From Microcoleus sp. (lineage in GTDB: Bacteria; Cyanobacteriota; Cyanobacteriia; Cyanobacteriales; Microcoleaceae), in the NCBI GenBank assembly GCA_052279835.1, contig CP181291.1:3328001-3392000 (forward strand): a DNA stretch of 64,000 nt. Direction: 5' to 3'. Below are positions 43,269-53,274 of this stretch, piece after piece; within the stretch, counting starts at the first letter, position 1; each line of letters begins with the position of its first letter. The notes under the pieces were generated by a model. That model worked only from the letters and a program-made list of their open reading frames with translations. It ran no database searches and was not told the DNA's origin. Both the position numbers and the translations under genes were made by a program.

Positions 43269-43350
43269 TGCGGATAAAAGGACTTGAACCTTCACTCCTC
43301 TCGGAACCAGAACCTAAATCTGGCGCGTCTGCCAATTCCGCCATATCCGC
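43269..43350 (-). tRNA. trnL: tRNA-Leu(TAG)
   Basis: GCGGATATGGCGGAATTGGCAGACGCGCCAGATTTAGGTTCTGG...GGTTCAAGTCCTTTTATCCGCA; long variable arm, anticodon TAG. Confidence 0.97.
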
Positions 43351-43511
43351 GTAGTCACATTAAACAAAACTACCACATACTATTTTATTTGTCAAGCCTA
43401 ATTGAAAAACCCGGTTTTGGTTCTGAGTCAGCCTAGTGGGAGGGTGGGCAAGCATACCCGAATTTAGACGTGGGGAGGTTGAAACCGGGTTGGCTCGTGG
43501 GTGATGCTAAC

Positions 43512-44252
43512 TTATTTTTGACCCAGTGCTTTCCAAGTGGTGTCATCTACCACTCCATCTGCCTTGAAACCTTTGTCATCCTGAAACCCCTTGACAGCAG
43601 CAATGGTCTTGGCACCAAAAATACCGTCGATCGGACCTGGATCGTAACCTTGAACTTCTAGGCGCACCTGTAGTGTTTTCACTTTGGCACCAGAGGAGCC
43701 TTTAGAGAGCATAGTTACAGTGGTTGGATCGCTGCTGGGAGCGTTGCTAGGAGCGTTGCTAGGAACTGAAGCATCCTTCTGAATCGGAGATTCCTCCTCA
43801 ACAGTTTTAGAAGCAGATACCGGATCGGCTGCTAATGCTGTCCAAGTCTCTTTGTCTACGATGCCGTCTGAATCCAACCCCTTAGCTCGTTGAAATTCAC
43901 TGACAGCAGCGGTGGTGCGGGAGCCATAAGCACCGTCGATCGTGCCGATGGAGAAACCATGAATTTGCAACCGTTGTTGTATGGCTGCAACTTCTGGTCC
44001 GTCTGCTCCTGCGGATATAGTTTTTTCCTTTTTGACTGGTTTTTGCTCCCCGGCATAAAAAGGCTTGTTAAACATATCTGTTTGGGAATTGGCCTCTGGG
44101 GAGGAAGTACCAGGGTCAGCCGGAGCCACAAAGTCTCTGCGGTACTGTTCTTGGACAAAGGGTTTGGACTCGAAAGCTGCGGTAGCATTCTTGGTGAATC
44201 CAGGAGCGACCAGAGCCACTAGACCGAGAATCGTTGCAGTAGTCACACGCAT
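43512..44252 (-). CDS. Secreted protein with two peptidoglycan-binding (PG_binding_1) domains
   Basis: Two V..Q.RL..G.IDG..G..T..AV..FQ..G..DG.V...TW..L units; signal peptide starting at MRVTT. Confidence 0.88.
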   Translation of the reverse strand: MRVTTATILGLVALVAPGFTKNATAAFESKPFVQEQYRRDFVAPADPGTSSPEANSQTDMFNKPFYAGEQKPVKKEKTISAGADGPEVAAIQQRLQIHGFSIGTIDGAYGSRTTAAVSEFQRAKGLDSDGIVDKETWTALAADPVSASKTVEEESPIQKDASVPSNAPSNAPSSDPTTVTMLSKGSSGAKVKTLQVRLEVQGYDPGPIDGIFGAKTIAAVKGFQDDKGFKADGVVDDTTWKALGQK

Positions 44253-45312
44253 AGGTTTTCCTCTCGATAGTAAAGTTTTGTAAATTAGGACTGTTTTATG
44301 GTTTCTGTGTTCAATTGTAATACCATGCAGGACACACTTACTCATATCTAAGGAATGTTAGATAGAGTGATACCAATGAATTAGTAAGGGGTCAAACACT
44401 ATAGGAATCAAGGGGAATGCCTCTATTGGGCGATCGCCAAGTTGGGAATTAGATCTATGGTGGGCTTACTTCCACTAGGTTGCACAAATATAGGCTACAC
44501 AAATATACATAGACCCAGGGCGATGACCCGGTATATTTCGGCAGAAATTTGGCAATCTGGATCGAAGGCTAAGGGTAAGAATCTGTAACTAATGTTCTAG
44601 ACATATCTGGACATTGACAATGGCGTAATCTATTTAACCCAGGGGATTGAGCTAATAGCTGTATTGCCTGAGTTTTTTCAGCGGGAGTTAAGGCAAGGAG
44701 TTATTTTTCTAATTCTTTGAGTGTCATTTCCGCCACTGGTTTCCTACTTTTCCATAGGCAATTTCCCCATCATCGAGTAATTTGACCACAAATTCGGGCG
44801 ACACATTCAGCAAACTCGCAGTTTCTTCAACAGTGATATCTTGCACAAATATGGGCTACACAAATATATATCTGCCAACGGACGATGTAACTAAAAACAA
44901 CATCCAAGCAAGTCCGAATATTAGCAAGTTCGATCGAACTGCGAATGCACCGGAAGAAAGTGCGATCGTGTTAGGGATTTTTGGGTTTTGTTTGATGTGT
45001 TATTTGTTAGTTTGGAAATTTCGCGGGCGGGAAGCAGCGAACAAGATGGCGATGGCTGCGAGAAAGAAAATCAGGAAGTAGAGATAAGAATCGGCGATTG
45101 AAATCGCTTCTACACAAACGAAGTCGGCCTCCGCCGACTGAAGAATATTGACATCAAATCAGACTTAAATACCCGCTCATTTTCTTAGTCCGCGAAGGCG
45201 GACTTTGTTTGTGTAGACGCGGTTTCAACCGCCGGGTTTCTCCAAAGAAACCGGGTTTTTATCTACAACGAAATATTTTCGTAAAAAAACCCGGTTTCTG
45301 GGCCTCGCAATC

Positions 45313-46722
45313 CTACAACTGCTTCACCTCAGAAACCAATTTGGCAACCACATCCTTAGCGCTACCAAACAACATCATCGTCTTATCCTTATAAAACAAC
45401 TCATTGTCAACACCAGAAAAACCAGCACTCATCCCGCGCTTAATCACGATCGTATGTTTAGCCTTATCAACCTCCAAAATCGGCATCCCATAAATCGGGC
45501 TCGCCGTATCGTGACGCGCCGCCGGATTCACCACATCATTGGCACCAATCACCAACGCCACATCCGTCTCGTCAAATTGCGGATTGATGTCTTCCATGTC
45601 GTACAACTGCGGGTAAGGCACGTTTGCTTCCGCCAGCAACACATTCATGTGCCCAGGCATCCGCCCAGCCACCGGGTGAATCGCGTATTTCACGTCAACA
45701 CCCATTTTTTCCAAACCGTCGGCTAACTCGCGCACGGCGTGCTGTGCTTGCGCTACAGCCATCCCGTAGCCGGGAATAATCACAACCGATCGCGCATAAC
45801 CCAACATCATCGCACTTTCTTCGAGATTAATGCTGCGCACAGTTTTGTCGATCGCCCCAGCAGCAGACCCAGCAGCCCCAGCACTAGCACCACCACTACC
45901 AAAGGCACTAAATAACACGCTAGAAAGCGATCGATTCATCCCCTTACACATGATTTGCGTCAAAATAATCCCCGACGCACCCACCAAGGCACCAGCGATA
46001 ATCAGCATATTGTTCATCAAAATGAACCCAGCTACACTCGCGGCAATCCCCGAATAGGAGTTAAGCAGCGACACCACCACGGGCATATCGCCACCGCCAA
46101 TGGGGAGCACAAACATGATTCCCAGGATATTGGAAATCGCCACCAAACCCAGGAATACCGGCACATCCTCCGGGTTAAACAACATATAACCGCTACCGGC
46201 TAAAAGTGCGATCGCCAGCGCAGCATTAAACGGCTGTTGCAGCGGAAACGTCATCGGCGCACCCGGTAGCAATTCTTGCAGCTTCGCAAACGCCACAAGG
46301 CTACCAGTGAAAGTAATCCCGCCAATCAACACCCCCAAAAGAATTGTGATTGTGGCATCAGGTGCCGGGGATTCTGGGATGCTGAGATAGCGCCAGAATT
46401 CCCCCACAGCAACGAGTGCAGAAGCCGCGCCCCCGAAACCGTTAAGCAAACCCACCATCTGCGGCATATCCGTCATCGCGACGGTTTTCGCCATGATTGT
46501 TCCCAAAATGGAACCGATGATAATTCCGACTACAATTAGCTCGTAGCTGACTACTTGCTTTTCTAGCAACGTACCAACGATCGCAATTAACATCCCGATC
46601 GCAGCTAACACATTCCCTTGACGCGCAGTTGCGGGCGATCCCAACTGTTTCAAACCGATAATAAATAAAGATGCGGCAACTAAATAACCTAGTTGAATGC
46701 CACTGGGCAGAAAATCACTCAC
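45313..46722 (-). CDS. pntB: NAD(P) transhydrogenase subunit beta
   Basis: PGYGMAVAQAQH, IHPVAGRMPGHMNVLLAEA, IGANDVVNPAA. Confidence 0.98.
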   Translation of the reverse strand: MSDFLPSGIQLGYLVAASLFIIGLKQLGSPATARQGNVLAAIGMLIAIVGTLLEKQVVSYELIVVGIIIGSILGTIMAKTVAMTDMPQMVGLLNGFGGAASALVAVGEFWRYLSIPESPAPDATITILLGVLIGGITFTGSLVAFAKLQELLPGAPMTFPLQQPFNAALAIALLAGSGYMLFNPEDVPVFLGLVAISNILGIMFVLPIGGGDMPVVVSLLNSYSGIAASVAGFILMNNMLIIAGALVGASGIILTQIMCKGMNRSLSSVLFSAFGSGGASAGAAGSAAGAIDKTVRSINLEESAMMLGYARSVVIIPGYGMAVAQAQHAVRELADGLEKMGVDVKYAIHPVAGRMPGHMNVLLAEANVPYPQLYDMEDINPQFDETDVALVIGANDVVNPAARHDTASPIYGMPILEVDKAKHTIVIKRGMSAGFSGVDNELFYKDKTMMLFGSAKDVVAKLVSEVKQL

Positions 46723-46764
46723 GCTTTAACCTCTAACTCTTTTCTCAGACATTTCTTGAAAATT

Positions 46765-49632
46765 TCATACAAACGAGTAGTTGTATCCATCGTTTCGTTG
46801 AACAGGCTTAATTTGATTCCGAGAAACGCTAATCACAGTAGTGTCGTTTACTCGAATATCAAAATTTCCTTTAAACCTTGTGGTTTTAATTCGCTTGCAT
46901 TTAATCCCCTCATACTTGCCGTCAATTACAGAGACAATATCTCCATTTTTCCAACCTTTGACCTTTTTTTTGGGCTGATAACCCTTGCGAGGAAAACCAT
47001 ATTTATCAGTCTGTACAACTTGGCGACTCCCCCAACCCATAGCTTTAATTAGCAAAGGTTGATTGATTGCCAAAGTTAAACCCTGACTCACATCTCCGCA
47101 GCAAGCAGCATCTATCCAATGAGCCTTTGGTAAACCAAGTTTAGTCCGATTGAACTTAGTTAAAGAACCACGTCCTACATATATATGCTCTAGTTTTGTA
47201 GCCTTTAAAACTTCGAGCAAAGCAGATTTAGTAGCATTGACCGCCGCCGCATCCTTTAATGGTGCTTTAGCTTGACTCATTATTCTTTTAAGAAGATCAG
47301 GCTGGCTTTTCAGAAAGTCTTTGATGTCTTCATTCCCCTTTTTGATATTGCATTTTTTACAAGCCAAGCACAGGTTAGAAACACGATTGCTACCACCTTT
47401 AGCGCGTGGGTTCATATGCTCTACCTGTAACGGTAAATTTTCAGCACTACAGTAAGCACATTTGCGATTCCACTTGGTAGGGTCGAACGGGGTATCGCTA
47501 CCCCGAACTCCCATGCAAAACCGGACGTGATAGTTTCCCGTCATCCGGCTCCTCGACTGTTTGGCGCTTGTCATGCGTACCTCTTTCCCATTAAGGGTTA
47601 GGGGGCTAGAAATAAGATTCATCACTTCTCATCTCCCACTATGAAAGGTTCCCATTTGGCGTGAATAATGTCGTGGCAGTGTCTATGTATGGCTGTCATA
47701 TTTGTCTTCTTGTTGTTGCTTCTGTTTCTATCTATGTGATGTACTTCAATTAGACAATCTGACGTGAAGTACAGACCGCAGTGCGAACACTTCCCATCTT
47801 GCTTTTTAATAAGCTCGGATAATTGTTTGGGAGTTTCAGGGTATTCCCCTTTTCGCTTACTCCAGTAGACCCAATCTCCGTCATAAGGGCTTATTTCACC
47901 CTTCACCTTTGTGTGTCTGGTTATTGGAGTATCGCCATGCTTGGCTAGACAATGCTTGCCGTTTTTGGTGGCGAATACCCAATTGTTATTTCCCTTGGTT
48001 GTCCAAGTCTTGTCGGCGCTTTCATGACGGTAAATTGCCCATCCTCGTATTTGCTGATAGATGATGTGGTCTGCAAGTTGGAATATATCTTTGCTGCAAA
48101 CCGTTTTGTAATAGTTCGACCAGCCCCTTATCACGGGGTTTAGTGTTGCAATTAACGCATCTCGCGATGAACCTTTGTGCTTATCGATTAGGTCGCCTAC
48201 TTTAGATAGATGGACTTTCAGCTTTTCCTTGGATGGTGTGATGATGGTTTTAAATCCTTGCTTAGACGCATACTCCCCTACCTCGAACTGTCTAACATTA
48301 AATCCGAGGAAGTCGAACCCTATGTTGCCTCCTTCTTCAACTAGAGTGTGTGAGAGTCTGGTTGTTTCGGGTTTTAATTCCAAGCCAATGCCACTGAGCC
48401 ATTCTGCTGTTATCTGCATACATCTTTGGACGTCAGTATTAGACGTATTCATTGCTACTTGTTCCTATTCATTTCCAAACAATCGTGAATCTGTCAGCGT
48501 ATCCTCGCCATTACAGCGAGGCATTGGCTTTTGATTCAATCCTGCCCCCGTACATCATCTGGCTAGCTACCTACTCAGGCATCGACCTTCCTGAGAGATG
48601 TATGGGGGTTATCCCGTTCCTAACGACCATTGATTGAATCTTTAGAGCGATGCTATTCACCGGGTTTGTGGGAAGTGCTTTGTTGGTCGGCTAAACACCC
48701 GCCAACTCCCTATCCTTGCCCTTTTGGGACTCCCAGTGTAATCAACCTATTTCACTGGTTATACCTAACGATGGTTTAGACACATCTTCGCTTGCGCTGC
48801 TCATGGATTCCTGCTCGAAGGGATTCTCAGTTAGGTTGCCGAGTTACCTCCTTTTTTACCCCGCTTTACCTCTAGGGTTGCTACACCTAGAAGTAGGAGT
48901 AATGCTTTCACCACTGCACCTGTGGGGAGGGACTTACACCCTCAAGGTCGTTAAGTTGTCAAGGTTCATTTCAGCCCATACGAAAGGCTGATTCCTTGCT
49001 CCGCCTACACTTTAAGCCGCTAGGCTTTCCGTTTTCGCGGAAACGGGTCGCACTTCAAGCAGGTATTCTCTAACCTCATAACCTTGCAGTTCCCCTTGTT
49101 GATATTCAATACCATAAACTTCAGGGCTTTGCATTTTTTGAGTATCAAACTTTACCAACTCAAAAGCTATTGATTTAATTGGTGCTAACTTACAAAGGCG
49201 ATTCACCCAGGTAATTGTAGTTAATACTCGATGCTGCAAACTTGGAGGTAGCCAACCTTTCCGACGAATACGATTAAAAAATCGCGGCTGACGATAACGA
49301 GTCTTACGATTACGGCGGTTGCGTCGGATGGCACGGCGAGTTTCCAGTCGCGATTTGATAGCTTGCCCCCGATGGGTAAGTTCAGCACCCCAAATTACTT
49401 GGGTTAAGAACACCAAAGCTATACCAGTAGTTTTACTACCAGGATCGATGCGAATTTCTATTGGTTGTGGTTGTTCCTCTACTGATTTGTTGAGGATGAT
49501 TGCAAATGGGTACAGTCTGAAAACTTTTGCTTTGCCTGCATTTAATAGCTTTCTAGCTATCACTGGCAGGCACGGGGTTAAAGGTTTCTTCCTGCTATCG
49601 AGTACGAATACTTGATTGGGATTTTTAGACAT
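46765..49632 (-). CDS. iscB: RNA-guided endonuclease IscB (RRXRR/HNH); exon 1 49054-49632, exon 2 46765-47475; 429 aa if spliced
   Basis: PLMP-like VFVLD..KPLTPC, RuvC-I IDPGSKTTG, Arg-rich RRAIRRNRRNRKTRYRQPRF, RuvC-II ELVKFD, HNH CAYC..EH..GGSN..NL..C..CN, RuvC-III HWIDAAC. Confidence 0.9.
47476..49053 (-). mobile_element. Group II intron (IIB-like), 1578 nt
   Basis: 5' GTGCG; domain V GAGCCGGATGACGGGAAACTATCACGTCCGGTT; domain VI hairpin GGGGTAGCGATACCCC..GACCCTACC; flanks rejoin in frame as LLE|KWNRK. Confidence 0.92.
47622..48452 (-). CDS. Internally deleted intron-encoded protein (RT C-terminal end, maturase X and HNH; no RT core)
   Basis: GLELKPETT, GFDFLGFNVRQ, LNPVIRGWSNYY, SPYDGDWVYW, CSHC..EVHH..HRHCH; no YADD motif. 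Confidence 0.88.
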   Translation of the reverse strand: MNTSNTDVQRCMQITAEWLSGIGLELKPETTRLSHTLVEEGGNIGFDFLGFNVRQFEVGEYASKQGFKTIITPSKEKLKVHLSKVGDLIDKHKGSSRDALIATLNPVIRGWSNYYKTVCSKDIFQLADHIIYQQIRGWAIYRHESADKTWTTKGNNNWVFATKNGKHCLAKHGDTPITRHTKVKGEISPYDGDWVYWSKRKGEYPETPKQLSELIKKQDGKCSHCGLYFTSDCLIEVHHIDRNRSNNKKTNMTAIHRHCHDIIHAKWEPFIVGDEK

Positions 49633-49639
49633 GGTTGCG

Positions 49640-49861
49640 TCTATTCCTAATTAGTAAAGGTTGCCTTGGCATTGTTATTGGTCGGTATGATCTCAACAGC
49701 ACTGGCTTTACAAAATCCTTGCCTGTTTAACTGCCGAGTTATAGAGCTTGGGGCTGGCACGTACTCCAAGGTATGAACTTGAACGCTTGCCAATAACGAA
49801 AGCCTGGACTTACTTAGAATTTTCTGGGTTTATTCAGAAATGTCTAGGATTTGAGTAAGTC
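49640..49861 (-). ncRNA. Putative omega-RNA scaffold of IscB
   Basis: About 220-nt noncoding region directly 5' of iscB; GACTTACT/AGTAAGTC and CTTGG..CCAAG stems and a GTTAAACAG motif, as recalled for IscB leaders. Confidence 0.7.
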
Positions 49862-50140
49862 TTTTTTCTTGAACATTTGCAGCATTCGATCGGTGACTAA
49901 GAAACCGGCAACAACGTTAATTGTGGCAAGGGCGATCGCGATCGTCCCCAAAATCGAAGTAACAGTCACATTACCTTGGCCCGAAATCAGAATTGCGCCT
50001 AAAACCGCAATTCCTGAAATCGCATTAGAACCCGACATCAAAGGTGTGTGTAGCGTCGGCGGGACTTTGTTAATAACTTCAAATCCCACAAACGATGCTA
50101 GAGTAAACACCACTAAACCTGCAATCAATCCTTCTGCCAT
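49844..50140 (-). CDS. pntA: NAD(P) transhydrogenase subunit alpha part 2 (C-terminus altered by insertion)
   Basis: VPPTLHTPLMSGSNAISG, INVVAGFLVTDRMLQMFKK. Confidence 0.95.
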   Translation of the reverse strand: MAEGLIAGLVVFTLASFVGFEVINKVPPTLHTPLMSGSNAISGIAVLGAILISGQGNVTVTSILGTIAIALATINVVAGFLVTDRMLQMFKKKDLLKS

Positions 50141-50149
50141 AACACTTGG

Positions 50150-50231
50150 TAATTTGGTAATTGGTTATTTGTCATTAGTCCTTAGTCATTAGTCCTTAGT
50201 CATTAGTCCTTAGTCATTAGTCCTTAGTCAT
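50150..50231. repeat. Short tandem repeat tract (TTAGTCA/TTAGTCC heptamers)
   Basis: GTCATTAGTCCTTA repeated about 4 times. Confidence 0.85.
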
Positions 50232-50305
50232 CAACTGTAAAAGCTTTACCGTTTCCAAACCAGGTCAAACGTATTCACAGACTGCTATTTACTGCCGAGA
50301 TCAGA

Positions 50306-50390
50306 TCCCCCCTAGCCCCCCTTCTTAAGGGGGGGACAAGAAGCATTCAAAGTCAACCCCTACTCCCCTTCTTAAGGGGGATTTAGGGGG
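50306..50390. repeat. CCCCCCTAGCCCCCCTT..AAGGGGGG dispersed palindromic repeat
   Basis: Related copies at about 3643-3715, 42766-42793 and 58711-58796. Confidence 0.75.
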
Positions 50391-50496
50391 TTCTGGCATT
50401 GACTACAAACGAGATTTATCAACGGTTTTAGATTTAAGCTGACACTAATGAAACCACCCATTTTCCTACTAATGACTAATGACTGTTGACTATTAA

Positions 50497-51645
50497 CTAA
50501 CTGACTACTGAAGCCTGAGCAGCCAAAGCATCCCGCACTCGCTGATTGCTAATTCCCCCATCGCGAGCCACACAAGCACCAGCGATGATATCATCTTCAA
50601 AATTTAGATTTAGCTCCTTATCTTTCAGCATCAACTGAAGTAAAGCCGAGACATTCTTCGAGTAAGTTTCGCTAGCATGAACAGGCATTGACGATGGTAA
50701 ATTAATCGGTCCAATCACATTAACGCCGTTCCATTCCACATCTTTCCCGGCTTCGGTGCACTCGCAATTGCCCCCTTGTTCCGCCGCGAGGTCAACAATT
50801 ATTGCTCCCGGTTTCATTTGAGAAACCATTTCTCTGGTAACTAAAATCGGGGCTTTTCTACCAGGAACTTGAGCGGTTGTAATTACTGCATCGGAAGCGC
50901 CGACGTGCTGGGTAAGCACTTGGCGGGTGTGTTCTTTCGCTGCTTCGGATAATTCTTTCGCGTAGCCCCCTGCTGCTACTGTTTCTTCCTTGAGTTCGAC
51001 ATCGATAAATTTAGCACCCAAACTTTGCACCTGTTCTTTGGTTTCCGGGCGGATGTCGAAGGCTTCGACTACTGCGCCCAGACGACGGGCTGTGGCGATC
51101 GCCTGTAAGCCCGCAACGCCCACACCCATTACCAAAACTTTCGCAGGGCGAATCGTACCCGCCGCCGTTGTCAGCATCGGAAAATACTTCGGTAAAGCCG
51201 CCGCGGCGATCAGTACCGCTTTGTAACCAGCCACATTAGCCTGAGATGACAGCGCATCCATGCTTTGAGCCCGGCTGGTGCGGGGAATCATTTCCATGCT
51301 GAATGCCGTTATTTGGCGATCGGCTAAACGCTGCACCAAAGCCGGATTTCCCAAAGGATTCAAAAATCCGATGAAAACTCCACCTTCGGGAAGTTGATGA
51401 ACTTCTGACTCTTGTAATTCCCCGATTTTGACGACGACATCAGCTTCGCCCCACAGCGTAGCGGTATCGGCGACAATTTTGGCACCGGCTTGTTCGTAAG
51501 CAAGATCCGAGAAAAAAGATTTTGCTCCCGCACCGGCCTCAACCAAAACTTCGACGCCTTGTTTGACCAATTTGGCTACAGCGTCGGGTACTAAGGCTAC
51601 CCGGCGTTCCCCTGCTTCTATTTCTTTGGCGATCGCTAATTTCAT
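50497..51645 (-). CDS. pntA: NAD(P) transhydrogenase subunit alpha part 1
   Basis: ERRVALVP, RAQSMDALSSQ, GVGVAGLQA, AGGYA, DLAAEQGGNC. Confidence 0.97.
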   Translation of the reverse strand: MKLAIAKEIEAGERRVALVPDAVAKLVKQGVEVLVEAGAGAKSFFSDLAYEQAGAKIVADTATLWGEADVVVKIGELQESEVHQLPEGGVFIGFLNPLGNPALVQRLADRQITAFSMEMIPRTSRAQSMDALSSQANVAGYKAVLIAAAALPKYFPMLTTAAGTIRPAKVLVMGVGVAGLQAIATARRLGAVVEAFDIRPETKEQVQSLGAKFIDVELKEETVAAGGYAKELSEAAKEHTRQVLTQHVGASDAVITTAQVPGRKAPILVTREMVSQMKPGAIIVDLAAEQGGNCECTEAGKDVEWNGVNVIGPINLPSSMPVHASETYSKNVSALLQLMLKDKELNLNFEDDIIAGACVARDGGISNQRVRDALAAQASVVS

Positions 51646-51914
51646 AAAAAAACTCGGTAAGTTGAAACCACTTCGAGGGTGAAAATCGAATGTAGCGACA
51701 GCCAGTCATTGGATTTTCACCCTCTACTGCACGCATACAGGGCGGTTGACACCGCGTCTACACAGACAAAACCAGCCGGAACCGGTTTCTGGAAGTGCAA
51801 TTTTTAACCGCCAGATGCTTTGCTTTACACTGGAGCAACCGTTGCCCTAAACTTCTCTCGTTGATACTAAAGCCGATCGGCCAAGTGACCGCCGTATCTT
51901 TAACTTGTCTTATA

Positions 51915-52160
51915 GAATGAAGCTCACCCCACCTTTCTAGAGGTGGGGGTGTCTATGCTAATCTTAAGTCGGTAGACCACAGATCGCAGAGACAAGCCCA
52001 GCTTCTAGGCAAGCGTCCAGAACTTTTGCTGGGACGCTTCTCGTAGTCCTTTCGGCTATCGAGTTTTTGCCAACCTCTAGCTGCAATATTGTACGAACCG
52101 TTTAGATCGCAGTTGTACTTTTTGCCGCTAGCAAAGGTGGCCAAAGCATAATTCTTTTAT
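51915..52160 (-). pseudogene. IS200/IS605 TnpB-like C-terminal remnant
   Basis: YNCDLNGSYNIAAR (RuvC-III DxNxxxNI) followed by a palindromic end (CCCCACCT..AGGTGGGG). Confidence 0.65.
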
Positions 52161-52487
52161 CCAATCTCAAGGCAAAGACGACTGAAAGAGAAAATCGGCT
52201 AACCCCCACCTGTACCGAGGATGGGGGAATGCGCCTCCCAGAAAGTTCAAATTTGGAAAACAGTGAAATTTGAGTAAAGCCATGATATACTAAACCACTT
52301 AGTAATTCTGTATCTTAAATGTCAGCCTAGGATATGGCCTCAAAAAATTCAACTATATTGTTCAGCGATCGCCCACATCAAATTTCTCAGACAGTCGGTA
52401 ATATTGGAGATCTAATAGCAAATTGTCAGCACTAAATATTTGCTAAATATTCAAGGTTCGATCGTAATTTTAGTTAGAGGAGTTGTT

Positions 52488-53000
52488 ATGCGACGATTAT
52501 TTTCAGCACTAGCAGTTACAGGTTGTTTGCTCTCCGGTTTACCCACTTTGGCTTTAGCCCAAGGAATGCCGGGATTCACGATTTTCGGAGGCCCAGAGCG
52601 CGGCAATCAGTTAAATTACCGCTTAGATTACGGCAAATCTGGGATGAGTGGTGACAGATATAGACTGCGCATTCCAGCCAAAAAAGTAAGTCTGGCGATC
52701 GCCCAACTCAACATTTCCTATCCAGACTACTACAAAGGTGAATTCGACCAAAAAGACATTAAAGTGCGCGTCAAAGACAAATCAATAGAATTGCAAGAAG
52801 TAATCTGGGACAAAGAAAATCGTTTCATAGAAATTTATCCCAAAGATCCCATTGCAGCCGGCAACAATGTTGAGGTTGTGCTCTCCAACGTCAGAAACCC
52901 ATCGCCAGGAGGAATGTACAATTTCAACGTTCGCATCCGCACCCCTGGGGATGTCCCCTTGCTACGTTACCTCGGTACTTGGCTGTTGAGCATTGATTAA
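52488..53000 (+). CDS. DUF2808 domain secreted protein
   Basis: Signal peptide; DRYRLRIP, YPDYYKG, NVRNP..GMYNFN, YLGTWLLSI; AGAGGAG RBS before MRRLF. Confidence 0.85.
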   Translation: MRRLFSALAVTGCLLSGLPTLALAQGMPGFTIFGGPERGNQLNYRLDYGKSGMSGDRYRLRIPAKKVSLAIAQLNISYPDYYKGEFDQKDIKVRVKDKSIELQEVIWDKENRFIEIYPKDPIAAGNNVEVVLSNVRNPSPGGMYNFNVRIRTPGDVPLLRYLGTWLLSID

Positions 53001-53274
53001 AAGCAACACAATCGGCTTGGGAGCATAAATCTATCGTTTCCTGGTTTTGGGGAACCGAAAAATATAACCTCGGACTCATACACCAATCCTCAGCGATGGG
53101 TAAAATAACCTATTAGATACCCGACTTCTTTTAGAAGTCGGGTATCTAGGTATAACTTCACTTAATATCAAATAAACTCAGTAAATTCACTTAATTAAAC
53201 CTCATATACAGATAGTCCAAAACCTTACTGTATCAACAATCTTCCAGATTCCTTCATCCTTCTACTTACATCAA

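Larger units (their letters stand above)
46734..49861 (-). mobile_element. IS200/IS605-superfamily IscB element without tnpA, inserted in the 3' end of pntA2 and carrying a group II intron
   Basis: Flanks rejoin as AAG AAA AAA|GAG GTT AAA GCG TGA, overlapping the pntB start; imperfect inverted ends containing AGACATTTCT. Confidence 0.85.

Noticed and set aside
47476..47625. N-terminal part of ORF 46765..47625 (MMNLISS...DPT) as real protein
   Set aside because: It is a chance translation of the intron 3' region (domains V/VI); the true coding exon starts at KWNRK (47475).
49012..49053. iscB 5' ORF ending VRPVSAKTESLAA as a separate truncated gene
   Set aside because: The tail is read-through into the intron 5' end (GTGCG).
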